Assembly: GCA_002633005.1 (NCBI GenBank)
Contig: NMRA01000168.1
Span: 499,129-563,128 of the forward strand
Length of the DNA stretch: 64,000 bases
Direction: 5' to 3'
DNA from: Phoronis australis
Taxonomy: Eukaryota > Animalia > Phoronida
The notes below the pieces were generated by a model. It ran no database searches. It saw only the letters and a program-made list of their open reading frames with translations, and was not told the origin of the DNA. The position numbers and the translations under genes were made by a program. Each line of letters opens with the position of its first letter. Positions within the stretch are counted from its first letter, which is position 1. Of this stretch, positions 1 through 12,300 are shown one piece after another.

Positions 1-387
1 CATTGGATACACTGTACATGGCTTGCTCATGTGTCAAAACAAATGCTTCTTCTTCAAAGATGAACCGAGACAGTGACTTTCAAAGATGACAATGCAGTAC
101 ACTGTATGTCGTTAATGAACTTTAAATGTACAAAGCAATGCATACTGAATTATACAACCTCCGCTCTACAATGTAGTCTCCGCATGTACTTTACTCGAGT
201 TGCATGTGACTGCCGAACTTCGGAAGCACTGACTAGTCGAGGAATGCTCAAAGCAAGCGTGGGTCAGCAGTATGCCCCAATAGCAATTACATGTACTCAA
301 TTTTGGTAAAACTGAATTTTTTCTACTAACTGTGGAGAAATCAATCGTGAGCATCTTTCGAAACACTGAATAAACATAATTACGTAC

Positions 388-3300
388 CATATCCAATTCC
401 ACAGCCACAATTAGTAACAAAACAGTTGTCGATGTCCTTTGTCAAAGATGAACCCTTCACAATCTTGCCGACGTCTTTTTTAAATTTCTTGACAGCCTTT
501 TCTCTTACATTTTTCGTGTCACCACAAAATCCGGCTTCTTCGTTGGAACAAGAACTGTAAAAAAAAGAAAACAGATTTCAAAATATTACGATAGCCAAGC
601 AAGAATCAGTTAAACGCTTATAAAAAACAGGTTCAATTAGACCTCATTCGAAAAGGTTCAGGCTCTGGCAGTCCAAACGAAAAATCAATGCTTTGAGATA
701 ATTTATAACACAAATGCTCACCGTTTCTTCCAAAAAAAAAATTAAAATCGATAAAGCATTGTGTAGCTCACTGGTAGCTAATGGTCCTTACGCCAGTCTG
801 GCCTATACAATCAAATCTTGGTCGCCTAATGCTATTCAATGTGAAGCTGAAAGTGATGCACAGCATGCAGCATACTTACTGTAAGCTCAATACTTTTCAT
901 TACAGGTAGACGTGCCCGGGTCCACAAAAGCATACAGCTGGAGTTCAAAGAGTTCTACCATTTTATGCTCATATCTAAGCAAATATTGCAAGTTTACTCA
1001 AGCCTATCTTCAAATTCACAAAATGGAAGTTATGTCTGTATTACATGTACATGTAGCTTGTCTATGCAAAGGTTATAATTTGTCTATGCATGTCTGACTA
1101 GTTCACATATGGTTGACCAATTAAACTCACTCATAAAAGTACAAAAATCCGTTCCCACCAACTGCAGGTCTGATTGCAAGTATTGAGTTCTCGTTTCTTT
1201 GGGGTAATGTAGTTTTAAGTGGCATATGTGTCTTAACAAAGCTCATTGTATCAATGACATATTGAGTGATAATGCTAAGTCACATGTCATTCTGCATCCT
1301 AAACATAAACCTTTACTCTGCTTACGAGCATTTGTCTTCCGCGCGGCCATTTTTCGTTTTAAAACAGAAAAGTCCACGTTAGAATAAGGGGATGACAAAT
1401 AAAATCGTCAGATGGAAGGAGTAATAGTCGTTATAACAACTATCATTTGATGGTGCAAGGCCAATAAACTTGAAATAATCTCACGTGGGTAAACATTGAA
1501 CAATCAGTTTGGTAAATATGCAAGGGTAAAAACATAAAATAGCCAATAAGAAACACAGCGGTGATGAGATTCGTCCAGAAGTCATCGTCGTCCGTTGTGG
1601 TATTTCCAAATTTTGGGAAGATACTCCAAGAGATCCAGCTGCGGACGCTGATGAACCCAAACTGCGTCCAGAATATGTATAGTTAGGGGCATAAAAATGA
1701 TTATTTCAAATTCCCCAAAAAACGTGTGCAAATGGGATTATGGTGTTTAAAGGCAAAGGCAACCTTTTTTCATGTCATTTTTAGCAAAAATTAGGTTCGT
1801 TGGTTATCCCAGACATATTTTCAACTTAATTACAGCTTTTCGTAATTTAACTAAATATTCGTTCTCTACTCCGGAAGTGACGTTTTGGGAGGCAAGCATT
1901 TCCCGCCAATTTCTTTTCATATAGTCTGACTATGAGAGCTGTCGCCTCAGTCATTGATCTACCTCCGTTGTGATAAGTTCGGTCGTCGTTTGCTTTTGTT
2001 TACGAGTCAGTCAACATGCCACACTGTTGCTGCGTACCGGGATGTACTCATTATGGCCCAAAGCTTGTAAGCAGCCCTGCTGCGATGTTGAGTAGTGGGA
2101 GTGAATACAGGTCCAGTCAGTGAAGAGTACAGTTCATCGTTCAATGACCAGATCGGTGAGCCAAACTTTGATACGTTTATTGTGGACTTGTTTAAAGTAT
2201 TGGAGCTATTTAGATGGTGCCAGGTGTCTGGCGAGGGAGTCACACGGCGGGGTGTAAGCAGTTTGTGTGCTCAGGTCACTATCCAGTGGGAGTGTTGTCG
2301 CGGTACACTCGGGCAAATGGGACAGTTGTTCCTATGTCCGTGAGACAATAATGAGTACATCCCGGTACGCAGCAACGGTGTGGCATGTTGACTGATTCGT
2401 AAACAATAGCAAACGACGACCGAACTTATCACAACCGAGATAGAACAATGATTGACTCGGCAGCTCTCACAGTCAGACTATATGAAAAGAAATTGGCGCG
2501 AAATGCTTGCCTCCCAAAACGTCACTTCCGGAGTAGAGAACGAATAATTAATTAAATTAAAAAAAGCTGTAATTAAGTGGAAAATTTGTCTGGGATAACC
2601 AACGAACCTTATTTTTGCTAAAAAAGACATGAAAAAGGGTTACCTTCGCCTTTAATGTCACATCTCTAGAGAAAGGCACAAGAGCCAAAATTCCGGTGAC
2701 GAAAAAAATACACGAAAAAAATGTGTCAAAGAGTCATATTAAGTGAATATACGACCTATGATTTGACAAACTTCGCAAAAGATCTATTGAGTGAAGTTGT
2801 TAGCGCAAAGTGACAGAGTCTTTGGTCTGGAAGTTTGAATTACCCATCTTTATCAGACTGCTCAGTGATGAAATAGAAGTCTTCTCCAAACGGAAGGTCA
2901 AGGCAAGCTCTGGTTGAATTTACGGGGTCGATAAGTGCTCCTCCTGTTGACAATGTATACTTTACATGTAGACACATCCATACAAAGAAGGTAACAATAA
3001 AAGGAATTAGATGCAAAAGATATAAATCAAGACTTCGTGAAACTTTTTGTAAAACATTTTCCGACGTTGCCGAGCCAACCGGCTCCTTCTACTGGGCATT
3101 GATGACTGACTGTTTCCCTCAAAAATTTCGACGCTCTCTGCCAGTGTTCACAGCCAACAACTCCAAGGTCATGAACCACGAGTCGTACATACTGAAAAAA
3201 GTTCCCAGCTTTAAACCAGGCAACCTCTCTGACATCTCGCTCAAACAAAAAAATCTCTCTGTCCAGTACTCCCTCCAAGTCGACTGTCTCAAACTAGTGT

Positions 3301-6300
3301 CCTGCGCCACAAAATTGAACAAACACTATTGAGACTAGACCACTGGCATTTGCCCTGCGAGGCTGTGCTATGTGTTTTTTAAGCGACCATTCGCTATAGC
3401 TGCCTCTCTGCGAGGATCTGCCTAGAAGTTTAAAGTGGAGCGCTTGAGAACAGCGCTCACGCCCGTTGACACACTCAGGATTAACTTACTGCACGTCAAG
3501 CCAAACCTCAGCGTGGTGATGTCGGTGGAATTGTGTACCACATTATCTGCGATTGTGACGCACGTCACGATTCCTATGTGAGTATGAAAGTGTATGGCAC
3601 AACACCGCAGGGCAAATGTCAGTGTTTTCAACACCACAGTGCTTGTTCACCTTAGTTAGACGTGACACTCGTTTGAGACAGCCGGCGTGACGTTACTAGA
3701 CACAGTCCTTGAATTGAGTGGGGGTGTTAGTGAGGCTGTCTCGGTTAAATCCAAAAACGCTTCTTTGAATTTCTGTGAATAGACACGGAAGGATCAGTTT
3801 TAAGTTGTTTGACTCAGGTGTTCGCCTAGGGCCTTACAGATCTTGTCTATGAACAAAGGGCAACGATTTTCTTTTTCGCAGGCAGGCATCAATCCCCTGT
3901 AGAAAGCCCTGGATGACTCTGTAACGCCCGGACAATTATTTTACAGTAAGTTCCAGAAATTGTGATTTATTATTTTTCGTATCTAGTTATTCACCTGGGT
4001 GAATAGTGATGTCCATCGCCGAATAATACATGCTCCTCTCAAATACGTATTTGAGCCAATAGCAATTTTCAGTTGTGCTTATCAGAGAGTGGAAATGTTG
4101 TTAACGCAACTTATGACCTTGCCGCAACAAATACTCTTAATTCGCAAGGTCCATCACAATTTCTTAGTCACACAGCAAAATTTCTAAGAACGTGATCTTG
4201 AATCAGAAGGGGTATCTATGTATGATTGAAAGATACGTAGATGGAATTTTGCATATTTTGTAATCAAAACTCCTCGTAATCATGCTCGTTTTACCTTCGT
4301 TGATCTGTGTTGCAAAAGAGTTCAATTCCTTATACCATGGTGCACCTTCTGCATCCCATACAGTAAGCCTTCTAGATTCACCGACGACTTGAGGACGCAT
4401 GTCAAGATAGACTCTTTCTTTGTGAGCACCAAGTCCTAAAACCATTTGCTCGAAGTTAAAAATGGCGAGACAGCTTCGAGTCGTTTCTCTTGCCAGATCC
4501 ATCAAGTGTTTCGAACTCTTGGTGTGTTGCAGTTCCACGGCTTGACCACTTTGAAAACGGAAATTTTCTTGCACATGCCTTCTTGTAATATCCTGATTAT
4601 TGACTGAGTAAGTTCTATAAGCCGATTTATCCGCTATTTTGAAGTCCTGGAACCTGCCGCGAAGAAGTTCAAGACATTCCAATAACTTATCATCAAGTCT
4701 AAAAAAGTGTTTTCCGGGGTAAACAAAATCCTTTACAGAAAAGTGTTCTGAGAGTTTCTTATTTACGTCTCGCCCGTCTAATAACTTAGTTGTCCTTGTC
4801 TCATTTTTAAGTTCTTCGGGGTATGAATATTCGTGAGCCATGTATGTGGGTACATCGATGGCCAGAAGTTGTGCTTTTGGAAAAGATACCATTTCCCCTA
4901 GCTGTTCTTCTTGTGGAAGTGCGCATACCTCGAGAACGTTGTTAGCTCCCATTTTTACATAATCGAAACCCGCGCACTGAGCTAAAATCGAAAGTTGTCG
5001 CAAATCCTCCGCGGTAGCGTTTTCCAGCTTAAGCTTTGCTGCCCTGAAATAATTCAAAATATCAATATGTTATTGATTGGAAACAAGGTTTAGCACGAGA
5101 AGAACATAGCATTACCTGGGGTCGTAACATGTGGAACCACCAACGCCTCCGAGTCGTTGTGGTACAGCTACTCGCGATTAGATAACGCAGAGTGACCACG
5201 CAGAGAGACCACATGTAGATACAACTATTGACTATGGAAATATCAGCATGTTCATGAATTTTCGAAAACCAGAGGTGCTGCGGATCACGCTGCAGAACTA
5301 TCTTGTCGATATTCACCTGCCCTCATAATGTAGTGAACCGTCTGGGAACTTTCCCCACGAGTGTCTACTGCTGGATGTTTTTTCACTCCAAGCATCTTGA
5401 ACTTGAACTCGGCGACCGTCTGTAAAAGAGAATAGCCATTTCTTCGTAGATACAGATGCGACATCAACATGCAGTACGTAAAACTCAGACCAAGAAAATT
5501 AACTAGCAAAATAAAATGGGGAAATGTAGATTCACGCTTTCTGCTGACCAATTAAACTGCATTTTCAATTAACTTTGTTTCAGATTCAAACCAATGTCAC
5601 CATCGGCATTGCAGCTTCAATGAATCTCGAAATGTGCTTGGACAGACTACTAACCGAAGATTTACTCATATCAACTTCAATACATTCAAGCCATCAATAG
5701 AAAAAGATGCAAAATTTTCCACAATAATTCGAACCGAGTCTTAAATACTTAATGACTTATATTGCTCAGTTTCTTAAATGGGAATATTTTCAACGAACCG
5801 AAAAAGTTTCAACGACAGGCGGATTAAAAGCTTGTGGTAACACAAAGTAAACGGGGTTCTCATAACGAGGAAAAATGTGGTTACCACTCCATTTCTGTGA
5901 TGCCAAGCTAGCGAGGCGTCTTAGGCGATATGCAAGACGAAACGACATCATCCTGTCCGCACATCTATCCATGACGCCATCTTCCTCACTGGCATCGTCG
6001 CATGAGTTGCAGTGCTCTCCGTGTAAACCACACCAGCTGTCAGTCTTCTCATCGTTAATGAATAACACGTCATCGAAGATATAATAGAACAATCTAAAAT
6101 GCAAATAGTACGCGAGTATGACATTACAGGAATAAGCCCTGTACCCCCGATACCTGTACTCGAGTTTTGCACGGTTCATATTAACTGCATTTACAAGTGT
6201 TCTAACATAATTTTGAAGTACGTTTTACGCCGATCGAGTTATGAGTCTACAGCAACTTGAAATGAAATTGTGCCACGTCGTTGCACATAAAATAGTGAAA

Positions 6301-9300
6301 GCCCAAAATTAACAGCTGAGTTACGCAAGTACAAGCTGTTTGCGAACGCGATGCATTGAACACTTAAGATACTCTTTCGTAAGTTCTTGTCACTTTAAAA
6401 TAAAGAACGAGCCTACAAAACGCATTGAATCAGACAGTACCACTATATCCGTGGTTTCCACGAGTTGTTTGCCTTAAAATGAAACCCAAATGTTCCACAG
6501 CAAAACATTAACCAAAAAAGTAATAGCCCGGCATGAGGCTTCAAAAGAAATACGCACTGCGAGAATCTTTCATCACTTCTTTTCACAGGGTAAACGATTG
6601 GTTTGCAAAATTCTTCTTCTGACTTCGGGTCCCTTGAACTCTGACCTCTATTAAGAGCCGCAAAGTCATCCCCACACCACTCTATAGAGGGCCAATCACC
6701 TGAATTACAGAATTATTGCGAAGATATTTACCATCATAAGTGATTAGTTCGAAATTTTGAGCATTTCATACGCCGATAAAGTTATTGTCACTATTTCGTT
6801 TATTTTTTTTCAAAATAAAGTAGCCAACTTAAGAGGTGGTTTCTGCCTTCATTGATATTTTGGAGACACAGATTTCGTTACACGACACATAAGAATTTCC
6901 TAAATGATCAAAACTGTATCGTTGCTAAGATCTAATTTACATGGTGATCTTATTTGAGTTGAGGCAAAGAGTAAAGGGCTAACGGCTATTGAGTTCCATT
7001 GACACACAATTTAAGTAATCGAAATATGTCTAAGTTACTGGTTACGTAGTTTAGGGCTCTTTTTCATGAAATGGGAATTTCGACTAAGGTCAGAAATTCG
7101 ATCTTACGCTCTACAGAATTTTCTGGAAAAGGCCCTTTCAAAGCCTCGAGTATTATACATAATCATATTGACATAATTTGTAAAAACTATGTCTAGGCTT
7201 CGGTGTGGGATATAACTAAACTTTTATTCATGAATTCTCAAGTGGGGGCGTGAGACCAAATTAATGACGTAATTCTTTTTAAGTCACTTTTTAAGAAACA
7301 GACGCCAGGCTCCGTTCCCGGAATGCCACAAAAATGGCAGGGAAAGCAAAGGAAATTTAATCCTCAGTGATAGCGTTTACCTCCACTGTTCGGGCTAGGC
7401 CCAGAGCTTTCCGTGCTCCGCTTTCTTCTAGACGTAGAGTGGGACGTGGTTTCTATCTCATCTGTCTCGATACTTATTTTTGAAGAAGAATGGAGGTTTA
7501 GAACAATCATGTTGATTTTGTTCACAGCGGGTGCATGAGTGAAAACTGCTGAGCCCGTGCTTTCAAGGAAGTCTAACTGCTTCTTTTTATCGTTCGTTAC
7601 TCCTCGTCCACAGTGATAACCCGACTGGGGTTTGAATGTTACGTCGCCACCGGACTTTCGCACACTATTCAGTTTTAGAGCTTCTTCCAAGATTTCACAC
7701 CTTGGATGTCCATAACCTGCGTTCCAAGGATCTCCCGAAGAGATGATTACGCTTGGCTGAACTATGTTCAGAAAGTCAACTGAGTTTGCAGCACTACCTT
7801 TGCTACCGTGATGAGCAAGTTTGTATACATTGGCTCTAGCGTGACGTCTTTCGATTTTTGCAACCGTAGTTGCTCCCTCAATATCTCCGACAAATAGCAT
7901 GCGCAAGTTTCCGTACTCTAGTCGAAGTACAATGCCATTGTTATTTTTATTGCTAGTTGTCTGTGAAGCAAGAAGTACACGCATCACGGCAATAGTAGGT
8001 GCTGTACAAATTTGGTATGATCGGCAACTGTCCTGGCACTTTTCAATGGGTACGTACGTAAAGTTTTTTAGATTATCCTTTAAAGTCCGTTCTTGGGGCC
8101 GTGGATAATAAAGCTTTATGTTTCCTCGTTTCGTTTGCGGAATACGACGACCGATGAAGTTAAAATGGTCGGAGTCTGCGTGGGTAACAAATATGTGTTT
8201 GACCTTAGACATCTGTTTATTGTTAATGAAACTGTCTAGATTACTTTGAGAGAAGTAGCCCTTCGTTTTTGCGGATCTCGAACCCAAATCCACGAATGTT
8301 AAATCTCCACTGGGACACTGTATGACAACGGCATCCCCTTGTCCTACTGGAAGCTCATATACGCGGACAGCGTCCGGTAGTGGCCTTTTCAAACCTAGAA
8401 AAACGAAAACGTATTAGCCAGTATGTTAATTTACAGATATTTCAGTATCCTCGAAAAACGTTAAAGGCACTTTGCCTAAAACACATTGATGAAAAATACT
8501 AGTTATTGGTGGAGCAAAACATCTAATTGTCACATTGCAACTTCTTTATCCTTTTATCACCTCATTTTGACATTTTACAACGTCACGTGGTTAGTCCCGG
8601 TTATTGTACAAGACAAACGCATTCGCGATATTAACATTCGCAGTGTCAATTTACGTGTACTAACACAAGAACTATCATTTCAACTACACAACGATAAATA
8701 ACTCACAACGTAACACCTTGACTCAGCAAATCTGTGAATTATTTCCTGTCCTAGTTGCAAACTAATACAGTAACTGAAATCGTTACCTGAAGCTCCACGC
8801 TTAACATGTATGTTTATGTCTTCTCCGCTTAAAAATATGGGTTAAAGGTTTCTGAAATCATGCAGTGGTATCAGCCAAATATTTAAGTGTGCCAGCAAAC
8901 TAAAAGTTATTTAAATATTCAATGCCCAAGGTCGAACACCCCAATCATTGATTAACCGCACGTTTGAAGAAAAGCCAAAGCTATTTAGTTCTTTGCTCCT
9001 TTCTACACGTATAAAAAATTAGCAAATTGGGCACAACCATATGCCTTAATATTCATGTGAGCGATGAAACAGTTTCGTTTATTTTTGCATGGTGACGACA
9101 GTCAGGACATTGCTTCTTCCCATTGTTCGGGTGTAAGAAAAAAATAACATTTTAGGACCACGCGCATGAACATTACAGCAAAGGTTGAATTAACTCAAAC
9201 TTCAGTTGAGTCAAGTACAAAAACATAGTAATATTAACTTTCTTAGCATAGGCACATGTATCTCTATAATGAGATCAATTGGGCTTACTTCAAAATAAAC

Positions 9301-12300
9301 TCTTGTCTTTCATTGATTCAAGACTTGTCTAGTAAAATTGTATTACCGCCTTTTTCTCCAGACAAATGTGTTTCATGAGCAACCACAACAAACTTGGAAA
9401 TAAAAAGGAAATGAAAAAATGCTAGTCGGTGTTAAAACTGAAGTCCGACTCGCTTGACTGCTATCATTATATACCCGACGCCACCGTCAAAGAAACAGTC
9501 GTTCTGAATTTTAGGAACATCTTACCTATAGGTCTACATGTAGGTGATAAAATTGCCTAAGCTGCACATTAGAAAGATATGGCGGCAATATGCAGGCACA
9601 AACTTATATGTGGGTGCAAAATACAACTTTATATTTTCGTAACACACTCATCGACACGCCACTTTTGCAGTTTTTAAAACTATAATTATAATATAAGTGA
9701 TTCGTTGATTAGGGACAAATGTTACCCTTAGTTTAGAACAGCCTCCAGCATCCATTAATAATTTTCAAGTATATTGCATTGGAATAGTTACGTTATGTTG
9801 AGACTCTCCAAAATTAAGTGTCTGATACACTCGACCATAAATCTATCTGACACCCACTGCCAAAGGAAATAAAAATTTTCCATCATTCATCCAATCCATA
9901 CACACGACCAAACATCGCTCTGTGTGTTTATCTACATTTCAATCGGTAAAATACCGGAATGATAAAAGTCAGTGAAAAAACCAATACCGTTTCATACTCT
10001 TAAAGAGGAAGGCGACCATTATATACTGTCATTCCTAGATAAATAATGAATAATACTTTCTTACTCATCCCAGTCACTGTTCAAGTTAATTAAACTACTC
10101 CAGATTCTAATTAAAAGCATACTAAGCGCAGTTTTAGCCAATTAACAGATATTAACAAGGATTTCCCCATCCCGCTCTCTAAAACATTAGTTTTGTCACT
10201 CTCATAAATTCAACCCTCAAATGTTTGTATCAAGTTTAAAAAAACGCCTTATACAGAATAAGTTATTGCCCAACAACAAATCAAAAGACTGACTTAAACA
10301 AACCACAACATCCATTCTCTGACACAGTAATTATGTGTTTTTCGCCTTTATTATCCAAGTGAAACGCCAGTGGTCCATTAGCATGTGACTCAGCCAGGAT
10401 TGATTGAAATCACCAACACAGAGTTTAATATCCCTTTAAATATGGATTTGTCACTCATTTGTGACGTTAGTGGCCGGAACAATTCGCTGTCCTCTTGGTT
10501 ACGCTTCATAGTACACACCTGTTGATTGTATATTACTTTCCATTGCCGCAATCATTTGGTTTCGACAGGTACTCTTGAACTACCCTACATTGAATTAGAA
10601 CTAAGTTGAGTGGGAATTAGCTAGTAGCAGGGTACCACAAGTACACGAACCACATGCATAGTAAGGCCTGCTGGTTGTTAGACAATGACCATCGTCTCTG
10701 TCTGGATAGAGACAAAGGTCATTGTTTAGCTGGTTGTGGGCTTTAGACAATGCGGTGACTGTTCACACGCACGGGTGAAACCATATTCATAGCTCTGAGT
10801 TACCTACGTCAACGGGCAACGGTTCATTCTTGACAAAAACGATCCTATCTCGATGGACCTTCCTTAAGATATCGTTAAAATACTTTATTATACTCTTTAA
10901 GAGCTCCTGGTGCTGCCATCTCGCTGAGACCCAGAGAAAGACACATAGCGGACCAACGTGTTATAAGTTTACGTACACAATGATGCATATGATGTCAAAC
11001 CCATTATGATGAGCATATAAACAACGGAGAATGATTTGAGCCCCTAGTGTTAGTTTGGGAGTTACACATACATGATTAAATAGGAGCTGGGGGAATTTAA
11101 TCAGATTGAAAATTGACCATCAAACCAAAATTGAAACAAAAAACACTTGCCTTCCGCTTTAACTGATTCAAGGGTACTTACTTGTCATGTACATGTTTGC
11201 CACTGTATTCTGTTTTTTAGGTTGACTGGTCACGACGATTTTGTCTTGTCGTTTTTCCACATCGCAAAATTCAGCACAGTTGGCCAATTTCTTCAATTTG
11301 GCAAGAGTCTCTGGGCTGTTGTCAGCAGTGTTCGAATCACTACCAGTAACACCTAATTCTACTTTATAATTCCCTTTGCTTGAAGGTCTCACTAAGAGTT
11401 TACCTGAAAGTATTAAGTGAGTGACTTAACAAATCATGAGTTTTCGCATGAACACAAAGATGTTCGATAAATGTCAAGCTTGGAAACTCAGAAAGCAATA
11501 TATTCCAGACGATTTATCCAGTACTCATTCGCTCGCTTTGACCGATTGAAGGTAACGCATTGAGCATCATAACGACAGCTTCATACACAGAAATAAATGT
11601 TCGTTGACATGACCATTCGTCCTCTCCATAACGGATGCAACTTTCTTGGTTCCAGCACTGTAGCCATTATCCAAACAACAAAATTACCAAGAATTATCAT
11701 TACCTAGAGAATATCGAGTCAATGATTCTCCCAAATTACATCAATGGTTTACCCTTTTCCACCCAATCAAAAAACCCTTGACTTTCTCTTGCCCCTAATT
11801 TTCCACTCCAAAAGTCTTCCAGAGTATGATCATATGAAATAATTGTTTTGACATTGTTCGCTGGTATGCTCACGTTGATACTTTTACTTACGCCTGCTCC
11901 ATCCATCTTCGCGACGAACTACATCAACGAAATTACGAATTCTGTCTAATAAACTGGGGTCTACAGACGTTTGTTCATTGCCATCCCATATGACGTATGG
12001 TGATAGAGAGGAGGTAGATGACCTTCAGGAAAACCAGCAATAACAACAAATCAACAAAGTTGTATATGTCAAGCCAGCTTCATAACATGCATCTTATCTT
12101 TTTTGAAAACATCACTGATTAGTACAAGGTAGCCTACAAAGATGCACCACAGCAGCTCCGCTACAAATGTGGGGAACATGCGTTTTTGCATAAATGATCC
12201 ATTTTGTTTAGTTTGTATATAGGCAAGCATGTTACAATTGAAAAATCGTCAGTGACAAATTATAGGCCAAGGTTCATTCATATACATATACATATACACA

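Noticed and set aside
1-312. Further gene L exons (VLPKLSTCNCYWG... and RFIFEEEAF...)
   Set aside because: Plausible, but I could not fix a unique phase-consistent path, so they are left out of the model.
4203-6699. Canonical hedgehog gene (hh/shh)
   Set aside because: No CGPGR N-terminus, no GCF/Hint domain, two zinc ligands changed, and it is embedded in a larger protein.
7364-8392. Bacterial contaminant or a stand-alone comEC gene
   Set aside because: The ORF has no ATG start, begins at a splice acceptor, lacks the ComEC membrane domain and is phase-linked to spliceosomal exons on both sides.
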